From assembly GCA_951406725.2 (NCBI GenBank), contig OX597814.1, forward strand, positions 193,440,001-193,504,000: 64,000 nt of DNA, in the 5' to 3' direction. The notes under the pieces are model-generated. The model was not told the origin of the DNA. It searched no databases and was given only the letters and a program-made list of their open reading frames with translations. A program made the translations under genes and the position numbers. Shown one piece after another: positions 13,011 through 27,921 of this stretch. Source of the stretch: Octopus vulgaris (lineage: Eukaryota). Numbering within the stretch: position 1 is the stretch's first letter; the number at the start of each line of letters is the position of its first letter.

Positions 13011-13500
13011 GTCCATCTTGACAGATGACGACGTCGCCTTTGATCCTTAGGGGTTGTCTTGATGGCGTTGGCAGGCCTTCTCGTGGCTCAAAAGGCCGAT
13101 TCTGGAGGTACATGTCCGATTACACTGAGAGCAGCATAGAGAGCTCCGACGAAGATGAGCTCGTCTAGGATTTTGCTGATGTTCCTTGAGCCGTCTCCGC
13201 TTTTGTTCACGAAGTCTAGTCCGCCCATTCTCAAAATGCTGCGTACCAGTTTTGACCATACCCCTCCACGTAGTACGGTTTGTTGCCAGAGTTTCAAGTT
13301 CATCAGCGAAGATGTTGCAGAGCTTCAGGGATTTCTTGAGATAATCTTTATATCGCTTCTTGGGACTTCCATGCGGTCTGTTATTCTCTGCTAATTCTTC
13401 AAAATAGGCAGTCTTGGGTATACGGTTTTCCAGTATCCTGATAACATGCTCCACCCAGCGCAGTTGACGTTCGAGAATCGTGCATTCGATGATGCTGTTC
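13011..13500 (-). mobile_element. RTE-clade (BovB-like) LINE 3' end
   Basis: QLRWVEHVIRILENRIPK...HGSPKKRYKDYLKKSLK...RTTWR and C-terminal CxxC...SRIGLLSHEKAC zinc finger. Confidence 0.88.
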
Positions 13501-13763
13501 AACGAAGTTGTCAAGAAGTCGAGAGAGCCCATCTGCAGGCTTCTTGCGGCAAGCTGCCGGAACTCCAGTTTGTCGTAGTCCGCCTTTATAGCCAACTTGC
13601 GTGACATCGCCCTCATCCGCTTTCCCTAGGAAAAGATCCCTAGGAAAACTTGCAATACTAGAGCCCCGTTAGCCACGTTTTGAGGATTCGTGCTCTAAAT
13701 ATATATATATGTATATATATATATATAAGTAAATATCTATATATCTATATATATATATATCTA

Positions 13764-13842
<79 letters not shown>

Positions 13843-13881
13843 ATATATATATATATAAGTAAATATCTATATCTATATCTA

Positions 13882-14018
<137 letters not shown>

Positions 14019-14236
14019 GTATATATATATGTATATAACGGGAAGCTTTATGAAAATAGACAAAAGACGAAGGCAGGTGGAAAACAAACAAACAATTATA
14101 TATATATATATATATATATAGATAGATAATAGAAATAAGTTGGTTTGTGAAAGCACGTGGTTGAATATATAGAAAATAGTAAAAAGTGAAAAAACTACAG
14201 AAGGCTTAAAGGTTAAAAAATATATATATTTGCGTC

Positions 14237-14283
<47 letters not shown>

Positions 14284-14342
14284 CTAATAAAAAATAAAAG
14301 TAAAAGATATGCAATAGAAAAACAAAATAATATATATATATA

Positions 14343-14389
<47 letters not shown>

Positions 14390-15153
14390 AAAATATACGT
14401 ATACACATTAAAAAATGGTAAAATAAAAGGTATATACATATTTACAGACATTTTGTTGAATCCATCCGCCCTTTGACAGGTCTCATTTTTCATCCTGCAG
14501 GGTGTCCAACAACACTGTCCATATCAAAGAAGCCTGGTGGGGTTGCCAGTTTAGTCGCCGACGACCCGACCATGCGACAGGTTGTACTGGATTACATGTT
14601 ACCAGTAGCACTCAAGAGCGACCTGACACTAACATAGACACACACACACACACTTTATCTATCTATATATATTCTTTTTTACTCTTTTACTTGTTTCGGC
14701 TTATTCATTGTAAGACTAGTACTTATTGTAGCGGTCTCTTTTGCCGAACCGCTAAATTTAGGGGACATAAACACACCAGCATCAGTTGTCAAATGATGGT
14801 GGCGGGACAAATACAGACACACAAATACACACGCACACACATATGCATATGTACATATATACGACGGGCTTCTTTCAGTTTCCGTCAACTAAATCTACTA
14901 ACAAGGCTTTGGTTGGCCCGAGGCTATAATAGTAGACACTAGCCCAAGGTGCTACGCAGTGGGACTGAACCTAGAACCATGAGGTTGGGAAGCAAGCTTC
15001 TTACCACACAGCCATATATATGCATGCACACAATATATATATATATACCTATAATACACACGCTCGCACATACACACACATGTATATATGTATATATATG
15101 TATGTATATATGTATGTATATAAGTATGTATGTATGTAAATATATATATATAG

Positions 15154-16123
15154 TGTTATGAGTAGGTCAATTCAGGGACAGTGCTTGCGACCGACTTTTT
15201 GTGAGCTGGCGTCAAGCAGGCGAGTAAATCCTTTGTCCCGTCAGATTCTGGAGAGAGTGATGAGTTTTGGGGAGACCTTTGGTCTTGTGCCGGTCAGGGA
15301 AAGTTCGAGGAAGCTACCCTTTAAAAAGCGAACGAGCTGTGAGTTGAACAGTCGGCCGGCAGCTCTAGCCAGAGACGGGACTGATACGAGGGCGGTCAGT
15401 AGAGGAAGACAGACAGGGAATCTGAGGAGCTGACGAGCGAGAGAATGACAGTGAATGTGAAAGAGGAAGACAGACAGATAGTATTACGGAGCTGAGAGAG
15501 AGGGACTACGGTATGAGGGCACTGGCTATTGTGTAACGGTATATGCTTATTTATGTTTTGATATGTGAAAAAAGAAGGAAAAAGAATTGTTGAAATGTGT
15601 TGAAAAAAGAGAAAGAAGGAAAGAGGAAAAAGAAAGAACTGGTAAAGACATTGTGAAAAGGGTTGTTGAAAATAAAGAAAGAAGGAGAAAGACTTTAATG
15701 TATTGAACTGTATCGTTAATGTAGAATTGATTTGTCTCTGGACTATAATGTGAACGTTATTTGATTTGAACTGTTGTTTCTGAACTGTTATTGTACTTGC
15801 ATGCTTTGATTTGTTGTTTTCTTGCTTTCTTGCATGTATTTTATTTGATGTTGTAATAATTGTATAAACTGTTGTTAAATGTAGCCAATTGCCTTCCGCC
15901 GTCTCTCTTTGTGTCTCCTGCTGTTGTTTGTTGTTGTTGTTCTCTCCGGTCGCCGGTTGCCGGGTTCGCTGCCGCTCTCCCCCACCGAATTCTCTCTCTC
16001 TCTCTCTCTGAGTCAGTGGCGAATTCACCGATCGATCGGGCCGGTAAATCGTCGTCGCTCGACTTGATAGGGTCCCGGGTTTTTCCGAAGAGATTGAGCG
16101 ACGGCAGGTGGGATTTCGTAACA
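15154..16123. mobile_element. Probable solo LTR (about 970 bp)
   Basis: Begins TGTTATG and ends CGTAACA (TG...CA short inverted termini); GC-rich ends; flanked by (TA)n with near-TSD ATAG/ATAT. Confidence 0.55.
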
Positions 16124-17125
16124 ATATATATATAAATATATATATATATGAACATAATATACACTCACACACTCTCATTCACACTCACACACGCTCACTC
16201 CACTCACACACTCTCGCTCTCACTCACACGCGTGCGCACACACAGAATTACACCAGCACTACACCATCCTTCGGAGGATCCAACTCAGTCTTAGCAAATG
16301 TATTGACGAAGTTAACGCCGATTGATTAATGCAAATCAATGATCAAAGATTTTCAAACTGGTATCTGTCCTGTTTTTTCTTTCTTTCTATCTTTCTTTCT
16401 TTCTTTTTTGTCTACAGCTATTTCTAGTAAGTCAAGTGATCACGTAAAACGCCTCAGGTTGTCAGATAAATTCTTTCGTTTTTTGTCTTTGTTATTTATT
16501 TAATAATTTCCAATATAGGCGCAGGCGTGGCTGTGTGGCGTGGCTCTGTGCTAAGAAGCTTGCTTCCCAACCACATATATGTTTCTCTATGAATGCGTCT
16601 TTATCTCTGAGTTTGTCCAGATAGAATCTTGCCGGTTCACAGAGCAACAAAATGACGCATATAACGTAACGTAACAAGAAAGATCATAGTAATTAGGTTA
16701 TGATAGCAACTGTAATGTATTCTCGGAGTAGAAAGAGAAGGACGGGGGTGGAACCATTAAAAAAGGTATTTGTCATAAAGAGGATAGAAAATGGTAGATA
16801 GGAAAGAATGAAGGTAATAAAAGAAAGTGAATGAAGTTAGCAACGTTTGGTGAGAAAGAAAATCAAATATAGTACCCACTTCCATGCCTTTCTCATATCC
16901 TTACCATATTCTCATCCCATACTACTCCATTTACTGTCCACCGGCCACCTGCACCCCGCACTGCTTATCCCATGTCTGTTTTCTCATTTATATTCACACG
17001 AACCCCAACTTTTCATCTATACTCAAAACTATACCTCTTCCTCTCTTCTTAACTTCTCCCCATAGGACTGCATTCCCACCTGGCCCCCTATATTTTTCTT
17101 CTCTCTTTTCAACCACTCTTCTTTT

Positions 17126-17162
17126 TTTTCTGATGAAGGACTCCGTGTCCGAAAAGTCAAAG
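17126..17162 (+). ncRNA. Minimal hammerhead ribozyme motif
   Basis: TTTT-CUGAUGA-A-GGAC uccgu GUCC-GAAA-AG-UC^AAAG; intact core, no stem III. Confidence 0.65.
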
Positions 17163-17299
17163 ACAGTTTTACTTTTTCCTTTTCCTATTCAAGCATGAAA
17201 CCAATAATACCTAGTTTGCTGGCTTGGGTTAGGGATTTCAGGGCTTTTTGCCTGCGGGTATAAGTGAATGTGTGTTATACTGAGCTGACTTTTGACTGA

Positions 17300-17970
17300 T
17301 CTGACTATTTTGTCAATTTCGTTATCAGTTGGTCTTTTACTGGGGATGAGGTGTTATTTTCCCTCAGTTCCCTGTAGAATTTTTTTGTGTTCTCCTTGAA
17401 TAGTATGCCTTCTCTATGGAATGCTGAGCGTTTTTTTTAATCTTGCCAGTCGTTTGGTTTTTGATTGTAGTTTTTGATTGTAGTTTTTGTTTGAGGATTT
17501 CAATCTGTGTATCCTTTGTTTTCTCGTAAACAGCTCCTAGTTTATTACTGTCCATGTACAGCCTGCTATGCGGGTTTTTGCACCTCCAGATATTGTAGGT
17601 CTCTTTTTGTGTGGTTGATGTTTCTGGGTTTAGTGTTGAAAAATAATAAGCTTTCAAATTTTGGCACACGGACAGCAAATTCGGGAGAGGGATAAGTGAA
17701 TTAATAATAATATAGCTTTCAAATTTCGAACTTCGATATATTCCTCCTTAGGCCATTTCTATCTTGTATTTCTATTTCTTTGAGATAGGTTTGGCAGTTG
17801 ATCCTGAGCGTCAGTTTCGGGAATATCCCTGGTTTGATTTGCTACAGGTTCTTGAGGAATTTGATCCTGATTTAAAGACTTTTCGAGCTCAGTGTCAGAA
17901 GCTAAGGTCACTGATGAACGCGTTCTACGAACGACACGAGTTCTAGTGGGAGGGGGTTCCATGGTTGGTA
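17300..17970 (-). mobile_element. Possible N-terminal fragment of R4/Dong-like ORF
   Basis: AYYFSTLNP...TYNIWRCKNPHSRLYMDSNKLG resembles the N-terminal block of R4-clade proteins; degraded. Confidence 0.4.
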
Positions 17971-18399
17971 TCCAGGGCCGTGTTATAAGCGCACAGGGTT
18001 AAACTAGTTGTCTGGTTCTTTGGGGGAAGGTTCAGAGGTCCCAGACAACATCATTTTTGGGGGGATGGGGTGAAATTAATTTTGAAATGTTTTAAATTAG
18101 TTCATGGCATGACCTGTCGCTTGGAAGGTGTCAAAAGGCAGGCCGACAGACTTCATTGTAGCATCGTAGAAAGAAGCAGATATTGAATTGACAGCTAGAG
18201 AGAGAGACACAGAGACTGGGAGACAAAAGACAGAATCATTATGCAGTCTCCGAGCTATTTCCAGTAGGATGGTGATGGCGTTGGCGGCGGTGGTGGCAGA
18301 AGTGGTAATGGGATTGTATAGGTTCTGTCAGCAGGATGTAAACGCTATCGCATGTGCGTGTTTGTCTCTAGGCAAATCATAAATATCGCTGTTGCCATT

Positions 18400-19430
<1,031 letters not shown>

Positions 19431-19692
19431 CAGCAACATTAGTAGTGCGATCAGGAAGCAAAAAAAGCGTCACACCCTTGCGGTCAGCAGAAGTCAAATG
19501 TGCTTAGTATTACAAGCGCTCAATGAGAAAACTGACCTTGACCTTGGAAAGAGCCAACTCTGTTCTATTTTAATTACGACTAGAATAAATAACAATAATA
19601 CACACACACATACACATACATACATACATACATACATACATACATAAATACATACATAAATACATACATACATACATACATACATACATACA

Positions 19693-19724
<32 letters not shown>

Positions 19725-19787
19725 CATACATACATACATACATACATACATACATACATACATACATACATACATACATACATACAT

Positions 19788-19857
<70 letters not shown>

Positions 19858-19861
<4 letters not shown>

Positions 19862-20596
19862 CCAAAGTGTATGTTCGCAGCTATGTTTCTTTCTATATAT
19901 ATAAAAAATACAAAAATGGGACAAGAACGCAAAACATACAGACAAACGATACAAAGAAAACAACGACGGGTCATTCGGAGTTTTCTTTCCTCAGTCGAGT
20001 TTCAGATTGTCTTTGCAATTTGGGCTGGTTATACTCGAGATTGCTCCAATCTGGCCAGTCCGAAGGAAAAACTAAGTTAAGAGCATTAGATTCCTTGGAA
20101 GAAAGCAGCAAATGTGTACGAAAACAAGGACGGAAAAAACGGAGAAATGTTACACAAAAACAAATGCAAACAACAGGACATAACAACAGGTGTCTTTCGA
20201 CCAAGGACTAATCAAATTAAGCTGGCGTGTGTGGAAGTAAAGCCTTACGGCAGGGACATAAGATCTGACAAGCACAGGGAGGAATATAGATGTTGCACGG
20301 ATGGTAGTTGAACCAAGAAAGGCCAGGCTTGGCCGAACACCTATCACGTGCGGAGAGAAGAGAGAGGGGTAGAGGCAGAGGGATAGAAGAATTAAGGAGG
20401 GGCGAGAAAAAATGAAAGGGACAGAGTGAAGTGAAAGAGGAGAGAAAGTGAGCATGAAGAGAAGGCCAGGAAATGTGAGAGAAGGGAAACGAAAGAACGA
20501 AGAGTGAAATGAACGAAGTAATTGTGAAAGGGCTGATAGAAAGAAGGAAAGAATAGAAAGAATAATAGAGTCGTATAGAAAGATATATATAGAGTC

Positions 20597-20637
<41 letters not shown>

Positions 20638-20833
20638 AGACCAAAGTGTACGTACACCGCTATATTTTTATATATAAAACATACAAAAATGGGACAAGAA
20701 CGCAAAACATAAGGGACAACAAAACATACAGACAGACGATACAAAGACAACAAGAACGGGTCATTCCGAGTTTTCTTTTCTCAGTCGAGTTCCAGATTAT
20801 CTTTGCAATTTCAGCTGGTTATACTCGAGATTG

Positions 20834-20835
<2 letters not shown>
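19858..20835. repeat. Direct repeat of about 200 bp (19858-20050 and 20638-20835) in (TA)n, probable PLE-type terminal repeat
   Basis: Both start GAGACCAAAGTGTA and share ...GCTGGTTATACTCGAGATTGCTC. Confidence 0.7.
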
Positions 20836-20910
<75 letters not shown>

Positions 20911-21464
20911 TAATATTTACATCGTTGAATTTTTCTTCCCTTTCTTTAGATTTCGTAATTATGCAGTTTGTATATACTGGTAGTTGTTTATCTCCTAAAT
21001 TTTTAAAGCTTTTAAAGATGATCGTTTGTGTGTTCGACCAGAGAAAATTGTGAATATGTAAGATTCTCAACTTATTTTGGAAGAGATTTCCGTTGTGCGT
21101 TTAATAGTGTTGTTGCAATAGAATGTACGTTTACATATACGAATAGCCAGGGAGAAAAGAAGGGCAAAATGTTTACACAGAATTGTAGTTATTAAAGGTT
21201 TTCTAATGATGCTCCTTTGTGTATTGTATTAAAACTCAGAGCTAGGTATGATGGAAAGTGTCAGCTGTCCACGGCCAGCAGACTAAGGCGACACTTGTTT
21301 TACTGGTCATGCTTCAAGAAACCTGCGAAGATTTGTTGCAATTCCAAGCAATGCTGATCTTTGTAGGTGTTCTACCTTCACACTTGTACCGATTATTATC
21401 ATCATCATCATCATCATTATTATCATCATTATTATTATTATTATTATCATCATTATTATTATTA

Positions 21465-21528
<64 letters not shown>

Positions 21529-21529
21529 A

Positions 21530-23530
21530 TTAGCATCTTCTTACAATTCTACTTCCGTTTCTTTCCGATTGTCCTCCTGACACCTGGGGCAGAGAAACGC
21601 ACTGTATACATTGGTAGGCTATTAAAACAAGCACACTAGATTGTTCATTTACAAAGTCATGTGATAGAGAAAAAGGGGAAGACTGAGAGAAAAAGGAAAA
21701 AAATAGAGAAGTAAACAAAGAAATTAAAGGGAGAAAAAGGAAAGAGAATTTATAGCGACAATGCTCTTCTCAATACGTGTGACTTACCAGTTAAGACAAT
21801 CTTTTGCACTTCCTGCATGGATGGTAAGCCAGGGATCATCCTCAAATAATTTTCAGTTTCTTTTTTATCATCCCAAATGCTCCTACAATCACTGGTATTG
21901 TAACCGTCTTGAGATGCCACATCTTTTCAATTTCGATTAGCAACTCTTTATATTTTCTGAGCTTATCAAATTCTTTTGCCGACATATTATGGTCACAGGG
22001 TATGCTCATGTCAGTCAATAAACAGACTTTATTGATTTTGTCTTTCACAACAATATCTAGTGTATTTGCCTTCATGGTCCTGTCTGTACATACTGGAAAG
22101 TCCCAAAGAATCGCTATATATTTTCTCCTTCAGTTACAGCCTCAGGGTGGTGCTTGTACAATTTCTCAGCAGTTTTGATTTTATAATGCCGACACATTAT
22201 CCACTGTAGATATCGGCAAACTCTGTCATGTCTTGATTTGTACTCTACAGGTGCTAAAACCTTATACCCAGAGTTTAGGTAGTCGACATTTTCTATCCCA
22301 TCGTTGCAGTATCGGCATTTTGGGTCTACACCATTTTTCATCACATTTGCTTGATAGTTCCAGGTCACTAAGTTCTGATTTTGGGCAGCCAAGATAAAGC
22401 CTTCTCTCTCTGCCTTTAGCCCTGAGCTCCATTGCCACTGATGGATGTGCTTCTGGTCAACATCAGCTTGTTTGCTACGGGCTACATATTTGCCATGCAG
22501 ATGTTTTTGTTTCCACCTATCAGCCAATTGTTCAAGCGCATTTTGCTTTGCTATTGATTTTACCTTCTTTGCGAATACAGTTGCTATACTTTCCTTATTC
22601 TGTTCAACCTGGGTATTATGGATAAACTCACTTGAAAATAACAGAATGAAGTTTCTTACGTCTTTCATGGTTTTCAACGAGCTTTATCATCCGATCGTTA
22701 GATGTTTCAATATATTTTTCCAGTCCAATTGTGGTGGTTTTGTAGATTTCAGTTTGGATCAAACCTCAACCTTCTTGAGCTCTAAATAGGTAAAGACGAT
22801 CTGCGTCTGTCTTTGGGTGGTGCATCTTATTGCAAACCAGCAATTTACGGATTTTCCTGTCAATCCTCCTTATTTCGCTCATATTCCAGTTCAACACATT
22901 GAAACTGTAAATAATAACAAACTGCTAAGGAATCTATAGTAATACCTTATTACGTACATTTAAATTAGATTTTAGGACTGCTCGAACTCTCCTGTAACAC
23001 TCCTTCTTGATTTTCTCTCTCATACTTTCATGTTGAATGCCAGAGCCCTAATTTCTTCCGAGGTATTTGTAAGTTTGTTCCTGCTCGAGTTCTTTTATGC
23101 CTGTGTCAACATCCAACACCACTGAATGTCAAGTTTTTGTTTCCCTTTCTGGAAAGTGGCCTTGGTACATTTATCAAGGCCAAATTCCATCCCAATTTCA
23201 TCACTGAATGCTTTCACAGTACGTAGTAGTCCTTCAAGCTCATTATCATCTTTGCCATAACGTTTTAAGTCATCCTTATAAAACAGATGACTTATTTTCT
23301 TGTCGCCAATTTTATATCCATACCCTGTTCTGTTGAGTTCACTTGTAAGGGGTATTAGGGCTATGCAGAAAATTAAAGGTGAAAGTGAGTCACTTTGGAA
23401 AATGCTGCAGTTGATATTAATATTTTTTTGGTCAGTACTCCATTAGAGTAGTATAATCGGAGATTCGTATTTCACATTGACATTTGCTTCAGGAAGCTTG
23501 AAATCACAGGAAAAATTTTGAAGACATCCA
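21530..23530 (-). mobile_element. R4/Dong-like non-LTR retrotransposon (degraded RT, zinc knuckle, restriction-like endonuclease, 3'UTR)
   Basis: KHLHGKY...LKAEREGFILAAQ...CRYC...RHD...DIVVKDK...KLRKYKELLIEIEKMWHLKTVTIPVIVGAFG; 3' end abuts (TTA)n. Confidence 0.9.
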
Positions 23531-26204
23531 TCAATAATAAAGAAAGCATAATTTCTATAGTTGTTGGTTCTACCTGCTGTTATTGTTATTTGGGTTGTGT
23601 TGCAAGAAACTTACCTCTAAGCCGAACTGTTGAGGGTTAAAATGCGGTTTTGTTCTCTAGTGCTGTGTCGCAACCAAAAACTAGGACGCAACTCTAAATG
23701 ATATCTTGTCATCGTCTTATAACTGAAATGAAGACCAGAGAAGCTTTAGCCACTTAAAAACTTAAAAGCTGTAGGAACTACTTGGAGATATTGCAAGCTC
23801 ATTTCCTGTTGCTGACTAAAGCTATCGCAATGTCAGAAAGTCTTTTGTATCTTCAGAGGTGTTTCCAGTATTGCGATACAAGCGTTTCGCCCCTAGACTT
23901 GTACACTTTGCCTGCGTAGGGCAACGATGAGTGAATTTGCTAGCGGAATAAATTACGAAGATAAAGTCGTGAAGAGTCGAACTGACACTTTCCGGCAGCC
24001 TCAGAATGATCGGAAGATTCACAACAAAATAGCTTTTATGTTTCTAAAGAAGAGAAAATATAAATTAAATGAATATAAGTGGAGAAAAAATATCGAAGTT
24101 TACTATGGGTAGATCTAAAAGGGGTCAATAGGCAGTTTAGTATCGTAAAAAGGTGAATGTAAATAGCTTTCATAAATACAGACATTGAAAATATTACCAG
24201 GGTATGTGGAATAAAGGGAATTGGTTGTTTGATGCAGTATAAAGAGGTGCGGAGAAATGCTGCCTGGTAAAGATCCTCGATCGTACACGCAAAACACGCC
24301 AACTCATTATAATGCAATTGAGATATTACTAAGGACGTATTTGATATACGACAGGTGAGTTTGTTCGTTTAGGCCACATACGTAGTTGAGAAGTTGTGAA
24401 CGATTCTTTAAATTTTGTTGATTCAACGATGAGAGCATCGATACAGACTTTCGAAAGGCAGGCGATGCACACCAAAAATAAAACTAAGGTGACCATTCGG
24501 AACAAGTGGTTCTTTATTAACATCGTATCTGTATGATAATATATGTGGCGGAATATATACGTGCGTTCTATGCATCGTTTTCATAATATATAAATATAAT
24601 GAAATTATCGAATTTCGCAGTCGTCACTTCTGCTTTCTCTGACAATTTACTATCACTTTTCTTTGGACATGTTAACCTAAAAAGTTTGTAAATAGTATCT
24701 TAGTTTTCGTTATATTTCTTTTATCGATGTATTCGTAAACGCTCATACAGAAATGAAAGACATTGAACGAGATTGAAAGTTATAACAATGGTTTATTACA
24801 AATGATGATAACAGGAAATAATTTGAACATTACAATAAATACATAAATAAATAGCACTTTACACAGCCAACACATGTCACCGTCATCTTCAGCGTACTTA
24901 AGTTTGTTGTTGCTTAACACCAGGTGGGCCCTGATTAATTAATTATGATAATCAAATGTATTCCAGCCATAACCACAATTTAAACATTTGTGTAATATAT
25001 TTGTTAAAGAATAAAAAGTACTATTTGGCTGTGTTAGTTTCTAATTTCAGTATTGCATTTAATAACAAAATTGACATCTTTGGTAAGAAAAAAATGAATT
25101 CCTGTTTAACAAAAAACTTGACGTGATAGAAAATTTCTGAGAGCATTTCTGAACCCATCACCATCAAATTAGGTAGGATTAATTGTAAAAAGCAAAACAA
25201 CTAAAAGCTGTTTTTTAAATGTTACCCAATGTAATCAGTAATAAATAGCAATAATAAAAGACCCTCTTAGTGATTATAATGGTGGCAACTCACATTGGGT
25301 ACCTTGGGGAGTTTGGGGGACCAACATACGAACCCTCACACAAAGTGCTTGACCCAGTTCTTGCTGCCAGTCCACAACCGTATTATTACAAAATGTCTAT
25401 GTAGCCACGCCCACGTGTATTTATTATGATAATGTAATGATCCTTTCTATGCTAAGCATAAGGCCTGAACTTTTGGAGGAGGAGGTTAGTCGACTACATC
25501 GACCCAAATACTTGATTGGTATTTATTTCATCGACCCCGAAAAGAGGAAAAGCGAAATCAACCACGACAGATTTTGAACTCCCGACGTGAAGACGAACGA
25601 AATACCTATTTCTTTACTACCCACAAGGGGCGAAACACAGAGGGGACAAACAAGGACAGAGAAACGGATTAAGTCGATTACATCGGCTCCAGTGAGTAAT
25701 TGGTACTTATTTAATCGATACCGTAAGGATGAAAAGCAGTCGACCTCGGCGATATTTGAACTCCCAACGTAAAGACGAACGAAATACCGCCTTGCAGACT
25801 GTCCGGCGTGCTAACGATTCTGCCAGCTCGCTGCTTTATGATAATGCAATAATGATTTCTAATATAAAGAATGGGCCCAGGAGCTCTAAGACGGCCAGTT
25901 GGCAGAATCATTATCACGCCCGGCAAAATGCTTAGTAGCATTTCGTCCGTCTTTACGTTCTGAGTTCAAATTCCGCCAGAGTCGACTTTGCATTCCATTC
26001 TTTTAGGCTCGATAAAATAAGTGCCAGTTGAACACTGGGATCGATGTAATAAACTTGACCCTTTCTCCAAAATTACATGCCTTATTCGGACCTCTGGGGC
26101 CTATATGACTCTCGTGGGTCCATGTAAAAATGATATGCAAGAGTAGGCTGTATATAGCTGACACTTTCCATCATCCCAGCAAATTATGCTTAGAGTTTTT
26201 ATCA

Positions 26205-26261
<57 letters not shown>

Positions 26262-26296
26262 CACTTTGATGGCATGCACTTCTCTCTCACTCAATG

Positions 26297-26365
<69 letters not shown>

Positions 26366-26367
<2 letters not shown>

Positions 26368-27129
26368 TATCGGCAGTAGTCCAACGTGTCGTGTATGCCA
26401 GCAACAAAATGAAACCATTGATCATGTGGTCTCCAAGTGCAGTCTTCTTGCGCCTTCAGAGTATCTGAACAGGCATGAGAGAGCTGCACAATATATTCAC
26501 TGGGTAATTTGCAAAAACCTGGATTTGCCCCATGAAAAAAACTGGTGGGAACACAAACCACCCCCAGTGCTTGAAAATGACCACATCTCACTCCTCTGGA
26601 ACTTCACCATTCAAACTGACAGAAAGATAGATGCAAATAGGCCAGACATCATATTGAAAGACTTCAAACAAAGAACATGCCTCCTCATTGATATGATTGT
26701 CACAATCGATATAAACGTATCTGTCAAGACCTACCAGAAACTGAGCAAATATAAAGACCTTGAAATAGAAATCAGCAAAATGTGGAACCTGAAGACTAAA
26801 ACAATACCTATTGTCATAGGTGCCCTGGGAATGATAGCAAAAGGGGCTGATTGCTACCTAACTCAGATACCAGGAAACCCCAAAATGGCAGAAATTCAAA
26901 AGATAGTGCTCATGGGAACTGCTCATATCCTACGCAAAATACTTTCTATGTAATCTCAAGGTTTAAAACAAACATTTTTTTTTAGACATCCACCAGTACA
27001 TCACAAAAAACAACCAAATATATGGCACACTAGGCATAACAACAACGTGAACTTCCAGCCTGTTGTCTCTTGAGGTCTCCGGGTGAGACTTGGAGCCAAC
27101 TTGTACAAATATAAAGCAAAAGTCAAACA
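26366..27129 (+). mobile_element. R4/Dong-like retrotransposon 3' end with open zinc knuckle and REL domain
   Basis: CRVC...ETIDHVVSKC, RHE, NRPDIIL...LLID...KLSKYKDLEIEI...PIVIGALG; flanked on both sides by (TAA)n. Confidence 0.92.
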
Positions 27130-27142
27130 TATAATAATAATG

Positions 27143-27248
<106 letters not shown>

Positions 27249-27328
27249 TAATAATAATAATGATGATAATAATAATAGCAATAATAATAATAATAATAAT
27301 AACAATAATAATAATAATAATAATAATG

Positions 27329-27404
<76 letters not shown>

Positions 27405-27510
27405 TAATAATAATAAATTAAATAAAACAAATGGTACCATCAGCTTCTCATTAGGTCAACAGACATGGCACAGGTAATATAGGCAATTGTCCAGAAAGCA
27501 TGCGCTTTAA

Positions 27511-27921
27511 TTAATTAGTCTTTGTATAGTCTTCGCAAATACAGCCTGAACGATATTTAAAATTTTCAGCTCTGTATTCAGTCACATTATTGCAATTGTG
27601 GGCCCGAAACACTGTCATGATCGACCGCACCTGTACGCAGCCATATTTATGAGATGTTGGGAATGAACATGAGTTAAGCTCGCATCCAGCAGGTGGGATA
27701 CACGTGTATTCAGCGATTCTCTGTGGGAAACGATTGCTGTCGAAGTTTACCTCACACGACATATTACACACAGATCTGTGAATTACATCATTATCACATA
27801 CGTCTATGTCTTCAGAGATGTTAAGCTTACTCCTTGTGTAGAAACTGGTTATATTTCTTTGTGTCGCTGAGAAGTCTAATAGACACATCATAGCAACAAC
27901 ACCGAAAAGAAAGCAATACAT
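27511..27921 (-). CDS. IL17: Interleukin-17-like cystine-knot cytokine, coding exon 2
   Basis: Polypyrimidine acceptor TTCTTCTTTCTTGCAG before 27921; hydrophobic signal segment YCFLFGVVAMMCLL; IL-17 motifs RSVC, DSNRFPQRIAEYTC, CVQV, VFR and GCIC; stop at 27513-27511. Confidence 0.9.
   Translation of the reverse strand: MYCFLFGVVAMMCLLDFSATQRNITSFYTRSKLNISEDIDVCDNDVIHRSVCNMSCEVNFDSNRFPQRIAEYTCIPPAGCELNSCSFPTSHKYGCVQVRSIMTVFRAHNCNNVTEYRAENFKYRSGCICEDYTKTN

Noticed and set aside
15396-16178. 260-aa minus-strand ORF
   Set aside because: Low-complexity translation of the probable solo LTR; GTG start within a microsatellite
16409-16469. Additional HHR-like cores (also near 19965-20000, 20185-20220, 34855-34900, 42545-42595 and 54390-54432)
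   Set aside because: Core nucleotides or stems too decayed to call; they may be dead copies but were not counted
24329-24523. 64-aa minus-strand ORF with hydrophobic N-terminus, possible further cytokine
   Set aside because: No cystine-knot motifs and no in-frame continuation or convincing splice sites
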